From Sumerlaeia bacterium (GTDB lineage Bacteria; Sumerlaeota; Sumerlaeia; SLMS01; JAHLLQ01): a DNA stretch of 64,000 bases. Of this stretch, positions 44,641-56,800 are shown one piece after another. The stretch spans positions 58,059 to 122,058 of the forward strand of contig JAVJSW010000065.1 in assembly GCA_040219255.1 (NCBI GenBank). The letters are read 5' to 3'. The notes below the pieces were generated by a model, which was given only the letters and a program-made list of their open reading frames with translations, did no database searches and was not told the DNA's origin. How positions within the stretch are numbered: the stretch's first letter is position 1; every line of letters begins with the position of its first letter. Position numbers and translations under genes: made by a program.

Positions 44641-46044
44641 ATGCAAACGACACCGACCCTTAACACCCTGACCCCCACAGCCACCCCAATCCCTTCTCCC
44701 ACCCCGACGGACCGGCCGCTCGACCAGGCGGAGCTGCAGGCGCTCATAGACCGAGCATTGCAGGAGGCCCAAACTCGCCGTGCCGACGATGCCGTTCCGT
44801 CGAATCTCGACGAGCAATTCGCCTTTTTCCAGCAGCGGCTCGACCAAATGCAGGCTACCCTCGCCGAACCCGCGGCGGTGGTACCGGTGCAACCCCCGCT
44901 CGAGGAAATCTCCTTCATCGATCGCATCGTTCCGCCGGAATCGAAAGTCGGCCAATTCTTCGAGTACATCGACCGGTTCGGGCTCTTCGGAACTCCGCTG
45001 AGCAACTGGCTGGTCTTCATCGCGCTCTTCCTGCTTGTCTTCTTCGCGCTCTGGTTTCTTCTGCGAGTCTTCAAAAAGCGCGCGGAGCGGGCCAGCGTCG
45101 AATCCGGTCCCAAGATGGACCTGAGCGATTACGTCCTGAAAATGCTCGACCGGGTGAAAATCTACGGTCTCGTCGGCTTGGCTCTGTTCATCGCCTCGCG
45201 GTTCGATTTGCTGGGGCGTTCCCATCTCACGTTTCAACGCATTTCCATCGCCCTCGTCTTCTTCCAGTTCGCCATGATGCTGATGGCGGTCCTGGATCAA
45301 GCCATCGAGCAAACGCTCAAGGCGGCCCGCTTCCGCGTCGAAGCCGTGCAAACCGCCTCCGGCGTCCTGCGGTTTTTTGCCCTGGTGACACTCTGGTCGC
45401 TGATTCTCCTGCTGATTTTCGATAACTTCGGCGTGGAAGTGGGGCCCCTCATCGCCGGTCTCGGTGTGGGTGGTATCGCCATCGCCTTCGCGCTGCAGAA
45501 AATCCTCGGCGACATCTTCTGCTCCGTGGCCATCGTTCTCGACCGGCCCTTCGAGGTCGGCGACTTCATCATCACCGGCGATCACCTCGGTTCGGTCGAG
45601 CGCATCGGAATCAAAACCACCCGGGTGCGCAGCCTGGGCGGCGAACAAATCATCTTTCCCAACAGCAACCTGCTCGACAGCCGGATTCGCAACTACAAGC
45701 GCATGCGCGAGCGCCGCGTCGTCTTCGCCTTTGGCGTGCTGTACGCCACCCCGCCAGAGAAACTGGAGAAGATTCCGCTCATGGTGAAGGAGATCGTTCA
45801 GGGCGTGGAGCAGACCCGGTTCGACCGGGCCCACTTCCAGAAGTTCGGGGATTTCAGCCTGGACTTCGAGGTGGTGTACTACGTGCTCTCGCCGGATTTC
45901 AATATCTACATGGACATCCAACAGAAAATCAACCTGGGCATCTTCCGCGGTCTCACCGCCGAAGGCGTGGGTTTTGCATTCCCGTCCCGTACGATTTACG
46001 TGGAAGGGACGGACGTTCCGTTGAGCGTCAAGAATCTCCAGTAA
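44641..46044 (+). CDS. MscS-family small-conductance mechanosensitive channel with PT-rich N-terminal extension
   Basis: LIAGLGVGGIAIAFALQ, DRPFEVGDFI, GSVERIGIKTTRVRSLGGE, FPNS, FAFPSRT. Confidence 0.93.
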   Translation: MQTTPTLNTLTPTATPIPSPTPTDRPLDQAELQALIDRALQEAQTRRADDAVPSNLDEQFAFFQQRLDQMQATLAEPAAVVPVQPPLEEISFIDRIVPPESKVGQFFEYIDRFGLFGTPLSNWLVFIALFLLVFFALWFLLRVFKKRAERASVESGPKMDLSDYVLKMLDRVKIYGLVGLALFIASRFDLLGRSHLTFQRISIALVFFQFAMMLMAVLDQAIEQTLKAARFRVEAVQTASGVLRFFALVTLWSLILLLIFDNFGVEVGPLIAGLGVGGIAIAFALQKILGDIFCSVAIVLDRPFEVGDFIITGDHLGSVERIGIKTTRVRSLGGEQIIFPNSNLLDSRIRNYKRMRERRVVFAFGVLYATPPEKLEKIPLMVKEIVQGVEQTRFDRAHFQKFGDFSLDFEVVYYVLSPDFNIYMDIQQKINLGIFRGLTAEGVGFAFPSRTIYVEGTDVPLSVKNLQ

Positions 46045-46063
46045 GCCCAAAATCCCGAAAGGT

Positions 46064-47503
46064 TTGTCTCAGCCATTTATGTCCGATACCGAACGGCGAC
46101 TCGTCGTTGTCTCCAATCGATTGCCGATCCGCATTTTCGAGGAGGAAGGGGGCGGCAAATCCGTCCGCGTCAGCCCCGGTGGCCTGGTCACCGCGCTGAC
46201 GCCGATTCTCGAGCGCCAGCGCGGCACCTGGATCGGCTGGGTTGGCGGAGAAGAAGATGATGAGATTCGGGGCCTGATTCGCCAGGCGAGCGACGACCTG
46301 CCTTACGACATTAAATCCGTGCCGCTCTCCGAGGGTGAGGTTGAAACCTACTACCGGGGGTTTTCGAACGAGACCATCTGGCCCTTGTTTCACGATCTCC
46401 TCGGTTACGCCAAATTCGAGAAACCCAATTGGGAATCCTACTTCGAGATCAACGAGCGCTTCGCCAGGAAGGCGGCCGAAGCGGTCGAATCCAGCAGCGA
46501 TTTGATCTGGATTCAGGACTACCAACTCCTGCTGGTGGCGCATCATCTGCGGCGCATGGGGATCGAAAATCCCTTGGCCCATTTCCTCCACATCCCCTTC
46601 CCGACGCCCGACCTCTTCCGGCGCCTGCCATGGCGCCGCGAGGTCATCAAGGGCCTGCTGAAGTTCGACCTGCTCGGTTTTCAGACGCTCCGCGACCGGC
46701 GCAACTTCGTGGCCTGCGTGCGCGACATGCAGCCCAACGCCCGGATCGAAATCGGCCGGCGGGTGACCTCCATCACCAGCGACGGCGGCCGTGTCGTCAA
46801 GATCGGCAACTGGCCCATCAGCATCGACTACAACGATTTCAATCAGGCCGCCAGCAGCCGTGAAGCGGCTCAGGCCGCCTGGTATTTCCACGAGCATTAC
46901 GAGCGCCGCAAGATCGTCCTCGGGGTCGATCGTCTCGACTACACCAAGGGCATTCCCGAGCGCATGCTGGCCTTCGAGCGGCTTCTGGAGAAATATCCGG
47001 AGTGCCGCGGCAAAGTGTGCCTGCACCAGATCGTCGTCCCCAGCCGCACCCACGTGCCCGACTATCAAGACCTCAAGAGCCTCCTCGATACGTTGGTCGG
47101 GCGCATCAACGGGCGCTTCACCGCCCCGGGATACGTACCGATTCACTACCTCTACCGAAGCCTGAATCGCGTGGACCTGATCGGCCGCTACAAAGCCAGC
47201 GAAATCGCCCTGATCACGCCCCTGCGAGACGGCATGAACCTCGTCTGCAAAGAGTATTGCGCCAGCAAGACCGACAACGAAGGCATCCTCGTGCTGTCGG
47301 AATTCGCCGGAGCGGCGGAGCAAATGGCCAAAGGCGCCCTGATGGTCAATCCCTTCGACCAGGAGGGAGTCGTCGACGCGCTACACCGGGCCATTAGCAT
47401 GCCCTACCAGGAACGAATCGAGCGCATGCAGCGGCTGCGCGCCGAAGTCCGCCGCAACGACGTTCATCGCTGGGCGGCGGGGCTACTGGGTGCCTTGAAT
47501 TGA
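46064..47503 (+). CDS. otsA: Trehalose-6-phosphate synthase (GT20)
   Basis: [73 protein letters not shown]. Start may be ATG 46079. Confidence 0.95.
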   Translation: MSQPFMSDTERRLVVVSNRLPIRIFEEEGGGKSVRVSPGGLVTALTPILERQRGTWIGWVGGEEDDEIRGLIRQASDDLPYDIKSVPLSEGEVETYYRGFSNETIWPLFHDLLGYAKFEKPNWESYFEINERFARKAAEAVESSSDLIWIQDYQLLLVAHHLRRMGIENPLAHFLHIPFPTPDLFRRLPWRREVIKGLLKFDLLGFQTLRDRRNFVACVRDMQPNARIEIGRRVTSITSDGGRVVKIGNWPISIDYNDFNQAASSREAAQAAWYFHEHYERRKIVLGVDRLDYTKGIPERMLAFERLLEKYPECRGKVCLHQIVVPSRTHVPDYQDLKSLLDTLVGRINGRFTAPGYVPIHYLYRSLNRVDLIGRYKASEIALITPLRDGMNLVCKEYCASKTDNEGILVLSEFAGAAEQMAKGALMVNPFDQEGVVDALHRAISMPYQERIERMQRLRAEVRRNDVHRWAAGLLGALN

Positions 47504-48475
47504 GTTCCCTTCGCTCGCATGCCGCGAGCGCATCAGGGCATGAACGCCCTCCGCGAGCCTGGCCATCCTGGGCGCCGCCTCTTCGCGGGGCTGGGGCACG
47601 ATGGCACACAGGATGTATTTCACCTCGCCGTCCTCGACCAGAGCGGCTTCGCCCGTGAAAATGTCCCAGGCTCCCGTTTTGGCGTAGACGGTCGCCGAGT
47701 CCGGCAGCCCCGCGCGGAATCGGTCGAAATTCGTCCGGCACATCGCCAGGTAGCCCTTGATGAGGCCGCGCCCCGCTCCCCCGCTGATGGCGCCCTGCTC
47801 CGCCGCCCACAGAAACGTCGCCAGATGGTTCGCGCAAGACGTCGTTCCCGGCGCGTCGGCCCATCCCGGGTCCTCCTTGCCGCGGGGCAGGAACTTGCGG
47901 GTGATTTCCGACTCGCCACAGCCCAGGGCCCGGAGCAGAGCCGTGACGCGCCGGCGGTCTGCCAAGTCGATGGCTTCGTTCGCGGCCGTGTTGCTTGAGT
48001 CCTGAATCATCAACCGCAGTATTTCCGAGACCGTCACCGTCGTTCCAGAGGTCAATGGCGCCTCCTCGCGCACGTTGTGCCCGGCAATCGTGACCGGATC
48101 GTCGAGTGACACCTCGCCCTCCCCCACCTGCCGGATCACTTCCCCCAGGACGTACATCTTGTAGAGACTCGCGGGATAGATGAGATTGTCGCCTTTCCAG
48201 GAGCCGACGACCGGTTCGCCGGAGGTCAGATCGACCACAGCGATGGATGCCCACTCATCCTCCGCATCAGGATTCCGGGCGGCGGGAGTCATCGTGTCCA
48301 GACCCGTCGCCGAGACCAGCTCGGCCAGCTCCGCGCTCAAGGCGGCCTCGGGCGCGGGCAAGGCGCGAAACCCGGACAACTCCGGTATGGGGAAGTCTGA
48401 TTCGGGTCCGGTCTGTGCCATGCAGACGATCGCGATCTGGGTCAGCATCAGGCCCGTGAGAACGGACCGGAGCAT
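47483..48475 (-). CDS. Exported serine hydrolase, class A beta-lactamase-like
   Basis: SxxK (PASLYK), SxN (DSSNTAAN) and KTG motifs; signal peptide from ATG 48475; 21-nt convergent overlap with otsA. Confidence 0.85.
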   Translation of the reverse strand: MLRSVLTGLMLTQIAIVCMAQTGPESDFPIPELSGFRALPAPEAALSAELAELVSATGLDTMTPAARNPDAEDEWASIAVVDLTSGEPVVGSWKGDNLIYPASLYKMYVLGEVIRQVGEGEVSLDDPVTIAGHNVREEAPLTSGTTVTVSEILRLMIQDSSNTAANEAIDLADRRRVTALLRALGCGESEITRKFLPRGKEDPGWADAPGTTSCANHLATFLWAAEQGAISGGAGRGLIKGYLAMCRTNFDRFRAGLPDSATVYAKTGAWDIFTGEAALVEDGEVKYILCAIVPQPREEAAPRMARLAEGVHALMRSRHASEGNSIQGTQ

Positions 48476-48887
48476 ACTAAGGGTTCGGATTCGCAAGGGT
48501 TGAGTGCCTCTTTCCGCGGGTTCAACGGGAATGCCAGAGAGAAACTCCACACACTCCGCGAAGCCTGATGAGGAGCGTCCCTCGGAAATGCCGCAAGTCC
48601 ATTTCCGGATCGACTTTGGCGAGCACTTCGTCCGTCCGGTCCGCTGAGGCCTGGCAAGATTCCTGACCCCGGACGATGGATGGCCGAGCCAAACCGCTGA
48701 CTTTCAAGCTCCCTCGATGCTTCCAAAATTTTGAGTCTTAGTTTCCCCGGATGCGCTTGACGGAGGCTTGCCAAGCGGCGATTAACTCCGCCCGTTGACT
48801 GGATCGAATTGCCCCGGGAGAAGGACGCCGACCCGCCTCTTCCGGAACCATTAGACTACGCCCCGTTTGCAGAATTGGTGAAGAAAA

Positions 48888-50768
48888 ATGAGCTTGGTTG
48901 AACAATGGAAAGCCCTGAACGTTCCCGCCGAATTGCAGGAAATTCTCTCGGTTGCCCCATCTTACACCATTGCCAGCCGCAGCGATGATCTGATCGACAT
49001 CGCCTGTGGCGGCAAAGACAGCGATTACTTCGAAGTGGCCTACGACTTGCCCGATGGCAGGCGATACGTCGAGGCTCAGGTTTCCCGTGTCCGTAACGGT
49101 ATCTCGGCCAACTACACCGAAGCCTACATGCGCCGCCGCGATCCCGACTGTATGGTGATCGCCGACGATCGGCTTTCCGACAAGCCCCGCTTCCGCGATC
49201 GCTTCGGCAAGGAATTCGACACCATCCGTCAGGAAGCCTTCGAATGGCTCAAGACGCAAGACCTGATGATGTTCGCCTTCATCTCGGGCCAGGAAGGCCT
49301 CGGCGTGGATTCGCTCGTCATCGCCCCCGCCAATGCCGGCTTCTTCGCCTTTGGTCTGGCGCTTCTCCAAGGTATCGTTCCGCTCGATGAAGTGGGTGAG
49401 GAATTCTCCCCGAAAGCCATCATCTACGTCGTCCCGCCGTTCCGCCACACGCACTTCGAAGGCAAGCAAGTGGTCGTCCACAACCGCCGTTCGGAAATCC
49501 ATGAACTCTTCAGCTTCAACCTCTATCCCGGCCCGAGCGCCAAGAAGGGCGTCTACGGCGTTCTGATCGCCCTGGGCGAGCGGGAGGGCTGGGTCACCGC
49601 GCACTGCTCGACGGTGCGGTCGCGGACGCCCTACGACAACCACGTTACCTTTATGCACGAAGGCGCCAGCGGTGGTGGGAAGAGCGAAATGCTCGAGCAC
49701 CCGCACCGGCTGCCTGACGGCCGCCTTCACCTCGGCCACAACATCGTCACCGGTGAAGACCGCTATCTGGAACTGCCCCGAACCTGCGACCTCGAACCAG
49801 TTACCGACGACATGGCGCTGTGCCACACGTCTCTTCAGGACGAGCGAGGCAAGTTGGTGCTGACCGACGCGGAAAACGGATGGTTCGTGCGCGTCAATCA
49901 CATCACCCAGTACGGCACCGATCTGAACCTGGAGACGTTGACGGCTTGCCCACCCCGGCCGCTCCTGTTCCTGAACATCGACGCGGTCGCCAACAGCCGC
50001 GCCATGATCTGGGAGCACACCCAGGACGCCCCTGGCCAGCCATGCCCGAACCCCCGCGTCGTCATTCCCCGCGAAATCGTCCCCAACGTCGTCAAAGGAT
50101 CGGTCCGCGTCGACGTCCGCAGCATCGGCGTGCGCACACCCCCCTGCACGCGCGAAAAGCCATCCTACGGCATCATGGGCCTGTTCCATCTCCTGCCGCC
50201 GTCCCTGGCCTGGCTGTGGCGCCTCGTCGCCCCCCGCGGGCACGCTAACCCAAGCATTGTCAGCTCCAAGGGCATGAGCAGCGAAGGCGTCGGCTCCTAC
50301 TGGCCTTTCGCCACCGGCCGCCGCGTGGACCAAGCCAACCTGCTCCTGGAGCAAATCCGCGACACGCGCCGTGTTCGCTATATCCTCACCCCCAATCAAC
50401 ACGTCGGCGCCTGGGAAACCAGCTTCATGCCTCAATGGCTCGCCCGCGAGTACCTCTCGCGCCGCGGCAATGCCGTCTTCCGCAGCAATCAGATCGAGCC
50501 CTCGCGCTGCCCACTGCTGGGCTACTCGCTCTACAGCATGCAGATCGAAGGCCGCCCCGTCCCCCGCTGGTTCCTGCAAGTCAACACCCAACCCGAAGTT
50601 GGCAACGAAGGCTTCGACGCCGGCGCCGAAATCCTTTACGATTTCTTCCGCACCCAACTCGCCAAGTTTCTCCATGAAGACCTCGACCCACTGGGCAAAG
50701 AAATCATCGAGTGCTGCCTCAACGGCGGCGCCATCCAAGACTACGAGGGGTTCATCCCCCAAGAGTAG
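48888..50768 (+). CDS. DUF4914-family protein (PEP-carboxykinase-like P-loop)
   Basis: YMRRRDPDCM, NLYPGPSAKKGVYG, HEGASGGGKSEM, TDDMA, DAENGWF, EGVGSYWPF. Confidence 0.8.
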   Translation: MSLVEQWKALNVPAELQEILSVAPSYTIASRSDDLIDIACGGKDSDYFEVAYDLPDGRRYVEAQVSRVRNGISANYTEAYMRRRDPDCMVIADDRLSDKPRFRDRFGKEFDTIRQEAFEWLKTQDLMMFAFISGQEGLGVDSLVIAPANAGFFAFGLALLQGIVPLDEVGEEFSPKAIIYVVPPFRHTHFEGKQVVVHNRRSEIHELFSFNLYPGPSAKKGVYGVLIALGEREGWVTAHCSTVRSRTPYDNHVTFMHEGASGGGKSEMLEHPHRLPDGRLHLGHNIVTGEDRYLELPRTCDLEPVTDDMALCHTSLQDERGKLVLTDAENGWFVRVNHITQYGTDLNLETLTACPPRPLLFLNIDAVANSRAMIWEHTQDAPGQPCPNPRVVIPREIVPNVVKGSVRVDVRSIGVRTPPCTREKPSYGIMGLFHLLPPSLAWLWRLVAPRGHANPSIVSSKGMSSEGVGSYWPFATGRRVDQANLLLEQIRDTRRVRYILTPNQHVGAWETSFMPQWLAREYLSRRGNAVFRSNQIEPSRCPLLGYSLYSMQIEGRPVPRWFLQVNTQPEVGNEGFDAGAEILYDFFRTQLAKFLHEDLDPLGKEIIECCLNGGAIQDYEGFIPQE

Positions 50769-50817
50769 CCCCCGGTTTGGGCTCTAGATCTTCCAAACCT
50801 GAGTCCTCAAACTGTAA

Positions 50818-50854
50818 ACCCTGGGACGGTGCCTTCCGCGTCGCCCCAGGGTTC
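50818..50854. terminator. Hairpin between convergent genes, possible bidirectional terminator
   Basis: AACCCTGGG...CCCAGGGTT 9-bp stem followed by CGGGTTTTC. Confidence 0.45.
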
Positions 50855-50862
50855 GGGTTTTC

Positions 50863-53800
50863 TCATGGTGTCAAATCGGACACGTCGCGCAGTCCGTCGC
50901 GGTTAAGGTCCAGATTCTCGATCGGAATGACCGTACTGCCTCCGAGTCCAAGCAGTGTGGAGATCAGATCCGCCTGGATTTGAGGGACGTCGCCGAGCGT
51001 GTTGACCACTTCGTTGGTCACAATGACTTCCTCCGTATCGAAGACGATGGAAGCGGTGTTGGGGATATCCGTGGTCAAATCAAGGGGCTGCCCTGGTTTT
51101 GCTTCGACCGAGAAGACCACACGGCCTTCTCCGCGCCCCGTCGAGTCGTTTGGGGGCAGGAATCCAGCGAAGGCGTCCTCAGGCCATTCGCCGGTGGCCG
51201 GATCGACCGTGTGGAAGATGAGCTGAACGCGCCCATTTGCGCGGTCGATGGAAGCGCTGACGTCGACCCAATACTGCGTAGCGACATCGGGCCTGTAGTC
51301 GCCGATAATCACGCGTTGATCGATCGCTCTTGCATGCTCGGCGATGGGAACAGAGGTTTCGCCCCAGCCTATTTCATGGACACGGAACGTAGACCAGTCG
51401 AGGGTGTCGTGCAGATCATCGGTGATGAAAACGTCCTGCGCCGGAGCGGCGGCGTCAGGCTTGTTCTCGAACAGCACGGTATAGACCAGCCTTTCGTCGC
51501 TTTCAATCACATGGCGCACACCCCATCCATCGGGTCCGATTTTCTCGTTGGGGTCACGTGGCACGATGGCGCGGCCACCGTTGGGTCCGAAAGGTCCACC
51601 GTTTTGCGGGGGGGGGAGGTGTGGGCGGCGGCGGGGGCGGGCACTTGGGCGGACATCCGGGGGTCTGGCAGCACTCGGCCGGTGGAGCAGGCAGCCGTTT
51701 GCCGCTCTTGGCGATTTCCTTCGCCGGGCGGCGCAAGGTCTGCGGCGCTGTCCGAACCGGATACATGCTCTCTGGCAGGGGCCGGGGTAAGGCCCAAACT
51801 GTGCCATTGGATGATGTGGTATACTTTAAGGCCGTATCGCCGAGGGTTTCCAGGCTGCCGTCCAAGTCCTCGGTCCACACCGCGAGGAAGCCGGTCCCCG
51901 TGCTGGAAAGCACAGGCGGGCCGAAGAGTGGCGAGCGGCTGATTTCCAAGGGAGCCGACCACGTGGTGCCATTTCCACCCGACGCCTGCACAGTGATTTG
52001 GCCATCTCTGGAATTCAGCCAGACGACGGCCCGATTGCCCGCGGCGTCGATGGCGATTCGTGGCCGATCATTCTGGCCAGACGGCATTGGAGTCAATCTC
52101 GCCGGGGTGCTCCAGGCTCCCATGCTCTCTGCCGCGAAGACGATTTCCGTCCGATTCTGAGCCTTGAGGATGTCTGTGACACTCGACTTGGCCGTGAGGC
52201 CCGCCGATTCGGCGCGAGCCCAGACGGCGATCAAGTTGCCACCGGCATCGTACGCCAATGACGGGTCATTGCTGAAGGAAACTTGCGAATCGATGTGGGC
52301 GAGACCCGAGGCGGAGTTACCGTCGCTGGTCGCGATCGTGATCAGAGACCCGAGAGCGGTGTCGTAATCGCCCGTCTCCTTTTTCCAGATAACCTGTACG
52401 CCGCCGCCTGGCATGCGCACCGCCGTCGCGGGACCATCGTGATAGAGATCGGCGGAAACGTTTGCCACAACGGGGGTTCCTTCGTAGTGGCCGCCGGTTC
52501 CCGTGAACGGATCGATGGTCGTTTCGAGGGTTTCTATGACCGGGTAGCCCTTTTCGAAACGCCTCCAGGATTGGACAATCGACTTGTCGGTGATCTTGGT
52601 TTCTTCGCCCAGGAAGAATGCGTCCTTCGAACTGCAACGGCCACCCATCTTCTTGATGAACTTCCGGTTCATCACACCCCGGAAGACAGAGATCGTCCCG
52701 TAGACGGTCAGGCACAGTTGATCAGCGCTGGCGCCGGGGGTCGGGCCGCCAAAGGTATAGGAGACCGTGCCCGTGATATCGAAGCCGCCACCGAGGTCCG
52801 TCGCTCCCAGGTAGTCCGTGAAGTTTGCTTTGCCGCCACTGTTGAGACTCAATTCGGCGGCGCCATAGTGTGGCCAGGCTCCCGGTTGGCTAGCAAACCA
52901 TCCCAGTTTGCCGCCCAGGCTGCCGCCGGCCGTTGCGGCGGGTTTCAGAGTGCCCACCGGAACCCCGCCGATCAGAACGGGAATGGGTGTGTCCACCGTT
53001 CCCTGCAAGATTCCGTTGAGGGCAATCGTCGTGCTCTTCTTCAGATAATAGCACTGAGGCTGGCGAAGGTAATAACTGATAGTTCCTGTCGCATTGCCGC
53101 CGATGTCGAGCTTGTCTCCAAGAGTCACCTTCAGTTCCGACGTCACGAGGTCGGAAAATCCCTTGCATGTTGGCGTATCCCGGCAGACCTGCCCGGCGGC
53201 CACGAGAGCGAATTTCTTCCCGATCGTCTTGTCCGCCGGTTCAGGCACCGGCAAATCGAACTTCAATTCCCATCCCGCGCATTCCGTATCGGGGGTGATG
53301 AAGACCTCAGAGGTATCCAGAAGAGGGCCTCGCCTCGCCCAGTCTTTCGCCTGGCTGATGTCGATGGTCGCGAAGTAAAGGTCAGTGTCGTCCTCGCTGT
53401 TCCCGGTGGAATTTCGCTGGAGCCAGAACACGATGACCGTGCCAGAGTCAGCGACGACGACTTCCGGCATGGCATCCTCGTTCGCATCGTTGGTCAGCGG
53501 GACGGGCGCCGACCAACGCAGTTGACCCTCTTCGATCTGACCAGCGGACCAGCGGATCGTGGCGGCCTCCGCTGCACTACCGATCGACTGCCAGACAGCC
53601 ACATACCCGGGCTGGCCCGAGCCGAACAGCTCTTCGTGCCAGGCCACGGCCACTTGTTCGCCGTCGATGCCCGCAAGAGCGGCTGAATCGACCCAGGCTC
53701 CGCCGGACCAACGGGCGGAGCGCAGCGCGCCTCCATGCTCCCAAGCCAGCAAGACCTCGCCATCAGTCGCCGAAGCGAGAGCGGGATTGTGGTCCTGGAC

Positions 53801-56800
53801 TGGAGTTTCCGCGATTTCCAGTGCCTCCGGAAGCGGCCAGACGATCAATTCCAGATCGCTGATGTCCGACTGCCCGGCGATGGGAACGATGGGATAGGGT
53901 TCGAGCGCGAAGCCATCCACGCTGATGAGGTAGCTGCCATCAGCCAATTGAGGAATCACATAGTGACCGGATGCATCTGAGAAGCCCACCGAGAAAACCG
54001 ACTCGTCCTCTGACAGGGCCGTCACGGCGACGCCGGACTTGGCGGCACCGGTCTGGCCGTCAAGGACCACGCCGCTGACCGCAGCCAAAGGTAGACCGGC
54101 TTCGGCGCGAATTTCCAGTTCCAGCAGTTCGTCGATCGCGTAAGATGTCTCTCCGCGGGCCAGCAATCGTTCTGCATCTTCATGCAGGACGCTGCGCAGC
54201 ATCTGCCAGGACGTGCCAAGGCGAGCCTTCAAGCTGGGCCAAAGGGCCTCCCAATCCCCCGTCATCAGGTAAGCCGGGCGCATCGTTTCCTTGTAAACCT
54301 CAAGGTCCAGAGTCCCCGTGTCGGCCGCATACCACGACCATTGGAAGGAGTAGTTCTTCTCGCCCTCCACACGGTAGCCGATCGGGATGCGGTTGATTTC
54401 GCCGGGCGAGAGGACGGATGCTGGCGCTTCTTGACTCGTCGCAAGAACGTGGATGTCGCCCCGAACGAATTCGTCCTCAGCATTCAGGCGCCATTCAACG
54501 TCGTCCGTATTTCGAATTGTCACCCAGGGGGCAGGCAAATCGGAATCGCCGATGTTCTCGTAAATCAACATCATGGTGGCCGTTCTGTTGGGGCGGATGA
54601 ATGGATTGACGTCCAGCCAAAGGCGCAACCTTGGCCCCGTGCCTGGCAGAATGATGAAGGCGCCTGTGAGAAGACGCTCCTCTTCGTCTGGCCAGACGGT
54701 AGCGACGTCCACGGTCCCGGGCGAAAGGCCGCTGAGGTCGCAGGCCATTGTGAGTTCGGATGGGTGCTCCTCGCTGGGAGAAAAAGACCGGAGGACCGAG
54801 GTTCCTCGGCGCAATTCGACCCTCATGCCGTTTTCGAAGCCTGCGCCGATCACACGCTGTGTCGTTACACCGGCATTTCCCCCCGATGCCACGGCCACAT
54901 GCGAGACATGGCGCGAGACTTCCCGGCAGGAAATCTGGAACCGGCCGTCGGGAGCTGGCTCATTTTCCAGGTCCTCGTACAAGACCGTGAAGATGTAAGC
55001 TCCCGCAGCCGGTTGGCTGATCACAAACTCAAGACCTCCATCGCGGGCCGCGCCCTCCCAATCGTGAGAGGATTCGGTGGGAGCCAATCCACGACGTCCC
55101 CACAATTGCCAGGAGCCAGACCCTTCGATGGGTTCCATGCGGATCAGAACGTTGTCTGCCTCACCTTGCGAAAGGTTCAGGGTATAGTCTGCTAAGCCCA
55201 GGCTTGGCGCAGTTCCCTCGAGGCTCTCTCCGAGGGCGATTTCGGTGCCGGCTCGCGAGGCTGCCCCATCGGGAGAAATCGCCCAAGGCAGGAATTGGAT
55301 TCCGTTGCTGATGGCCATGCCTTGGCCGTCCGGGTTCGAGTAGTGCTTTGGCCCCGACGGATGCCCCCACCAAGTGAACCGTGCATCCACGATGGTGCCT
55401 GGCGAGCTGTTCACCATGCTCGTCTGGCCATTGTAGAGTTGGTTATTGACCAAGGTGGGCTGGGCGCCGCTGTGGATACGGATGCCGCCCAAACCATCAT
55501 GGAATTGGCAGTTTCGGACGAACGTCTGCGACGAACCGATCAGAAGCATGGCGTCGTGGAAGGTGACTTGCCCGCCACCCCAGGCGAATTCGCAGGAATC
55601 CAGGTGGGCCGATGCGCCGGGCTGCACGTCGACATACCACCATTCGCCCAGGCTCGGCGGATTGTCGAAGGGGACGAAACGGATCGGCTGGGCCGCCGTT
55701 CCCCTCGCTTCGATCCGGCCGCCTGCCTGCACACCGATCGAGGAACCGTTGCACAACAGAGTTACGCCGGGATCGATAGTCAAAGTGGCGCTGGTGGCGA
55801 CATTGGAGCCCCCGCGCAATTCATAGGGCAATCCGCAGCGGGACAATCGCACGTTCATGGTGAGCGTCGCTCCATCGACCCAAACCACATTTCGGCCAGT
55901 GCCCGCCGCCGAGAGATTACGCAGGGTCGGCTGCATCGCCAAGGTTTGCATTCGAAAAGCCACCCCGCCGGTTTCGCTGACGTCCACTGCCTCCAAGGCC
56001 GGCGTTATCCCCAGGCCATCAAGGTTCACCGCATCCCGGCCAAGGAAACGAAACCGGCTGTTGCGCAGAGTCACATCCGAGCTTTGGATACGAATGGCCG
56101 GATTGTATTGAGCACCATACTCGAACACGCAGTGATCGAAGGAGGCTGCGCCGCCAGGAGAAACGAGAATCGAATCCCAGTCTCCGCGGTTCGGTGAACT
56201 GGCATTGTAACTGGTGAAGAGGATCGGGTTCTGCTCGGTTCCATTGGCCACCAAAGCACCGCCATCCTGAACCGTCATGACAAGGTGAGACGTGGAACCG
56301 GTCGATCCCAGCCGAACTTCGACGCCTGGATCGATTGTCAGACTCGCCCCGGCGGAAATCGTGGGGTAGGAATCTAACCGAACGATTCCATAGTCAGCCG
56401 GCCAGACAGTCCGGCGCGTCAGGGGCTTTTCTGGGCGTGCCACGATGTGTACGCCGTCGGTCGCGTTGCGCTCCATGCTCAGGTTTTCGAAAACGGGCGT
56501 CATGTCGATGGAACTCATCCGGATCGCGTAGTCGCCATTTTCGACAAACGCCGCATTCCGAATCTCAGGCGCCTGATGGCGATCCTCCAGAAGCAAGCCG
56601 TTCAAGCTGTTGCTTGTAAATGTCACATCGGCCAAGACCGGGCTGATGCCTTCGCCCAGGACGCTCAGCCCGTAACCGCTCGAAAACCCGAATTCGCAAT
56701 GATCCGCACGGAACGCGGAGCTGAACACGTTCACCATTCCGCGTCCGTGCCGAATTGCGCAATATGACAGGTTAGCCCGCGCTCCGGCGGCGATGTTGAG

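Noticed and set aside
47483-48475. Bona fide beta-lactam resistance gene
   Set aside because: Has SxxK/SxN/KTG but no recognisable omega-loop E166 (ExxLN) motif; substrate unknown.
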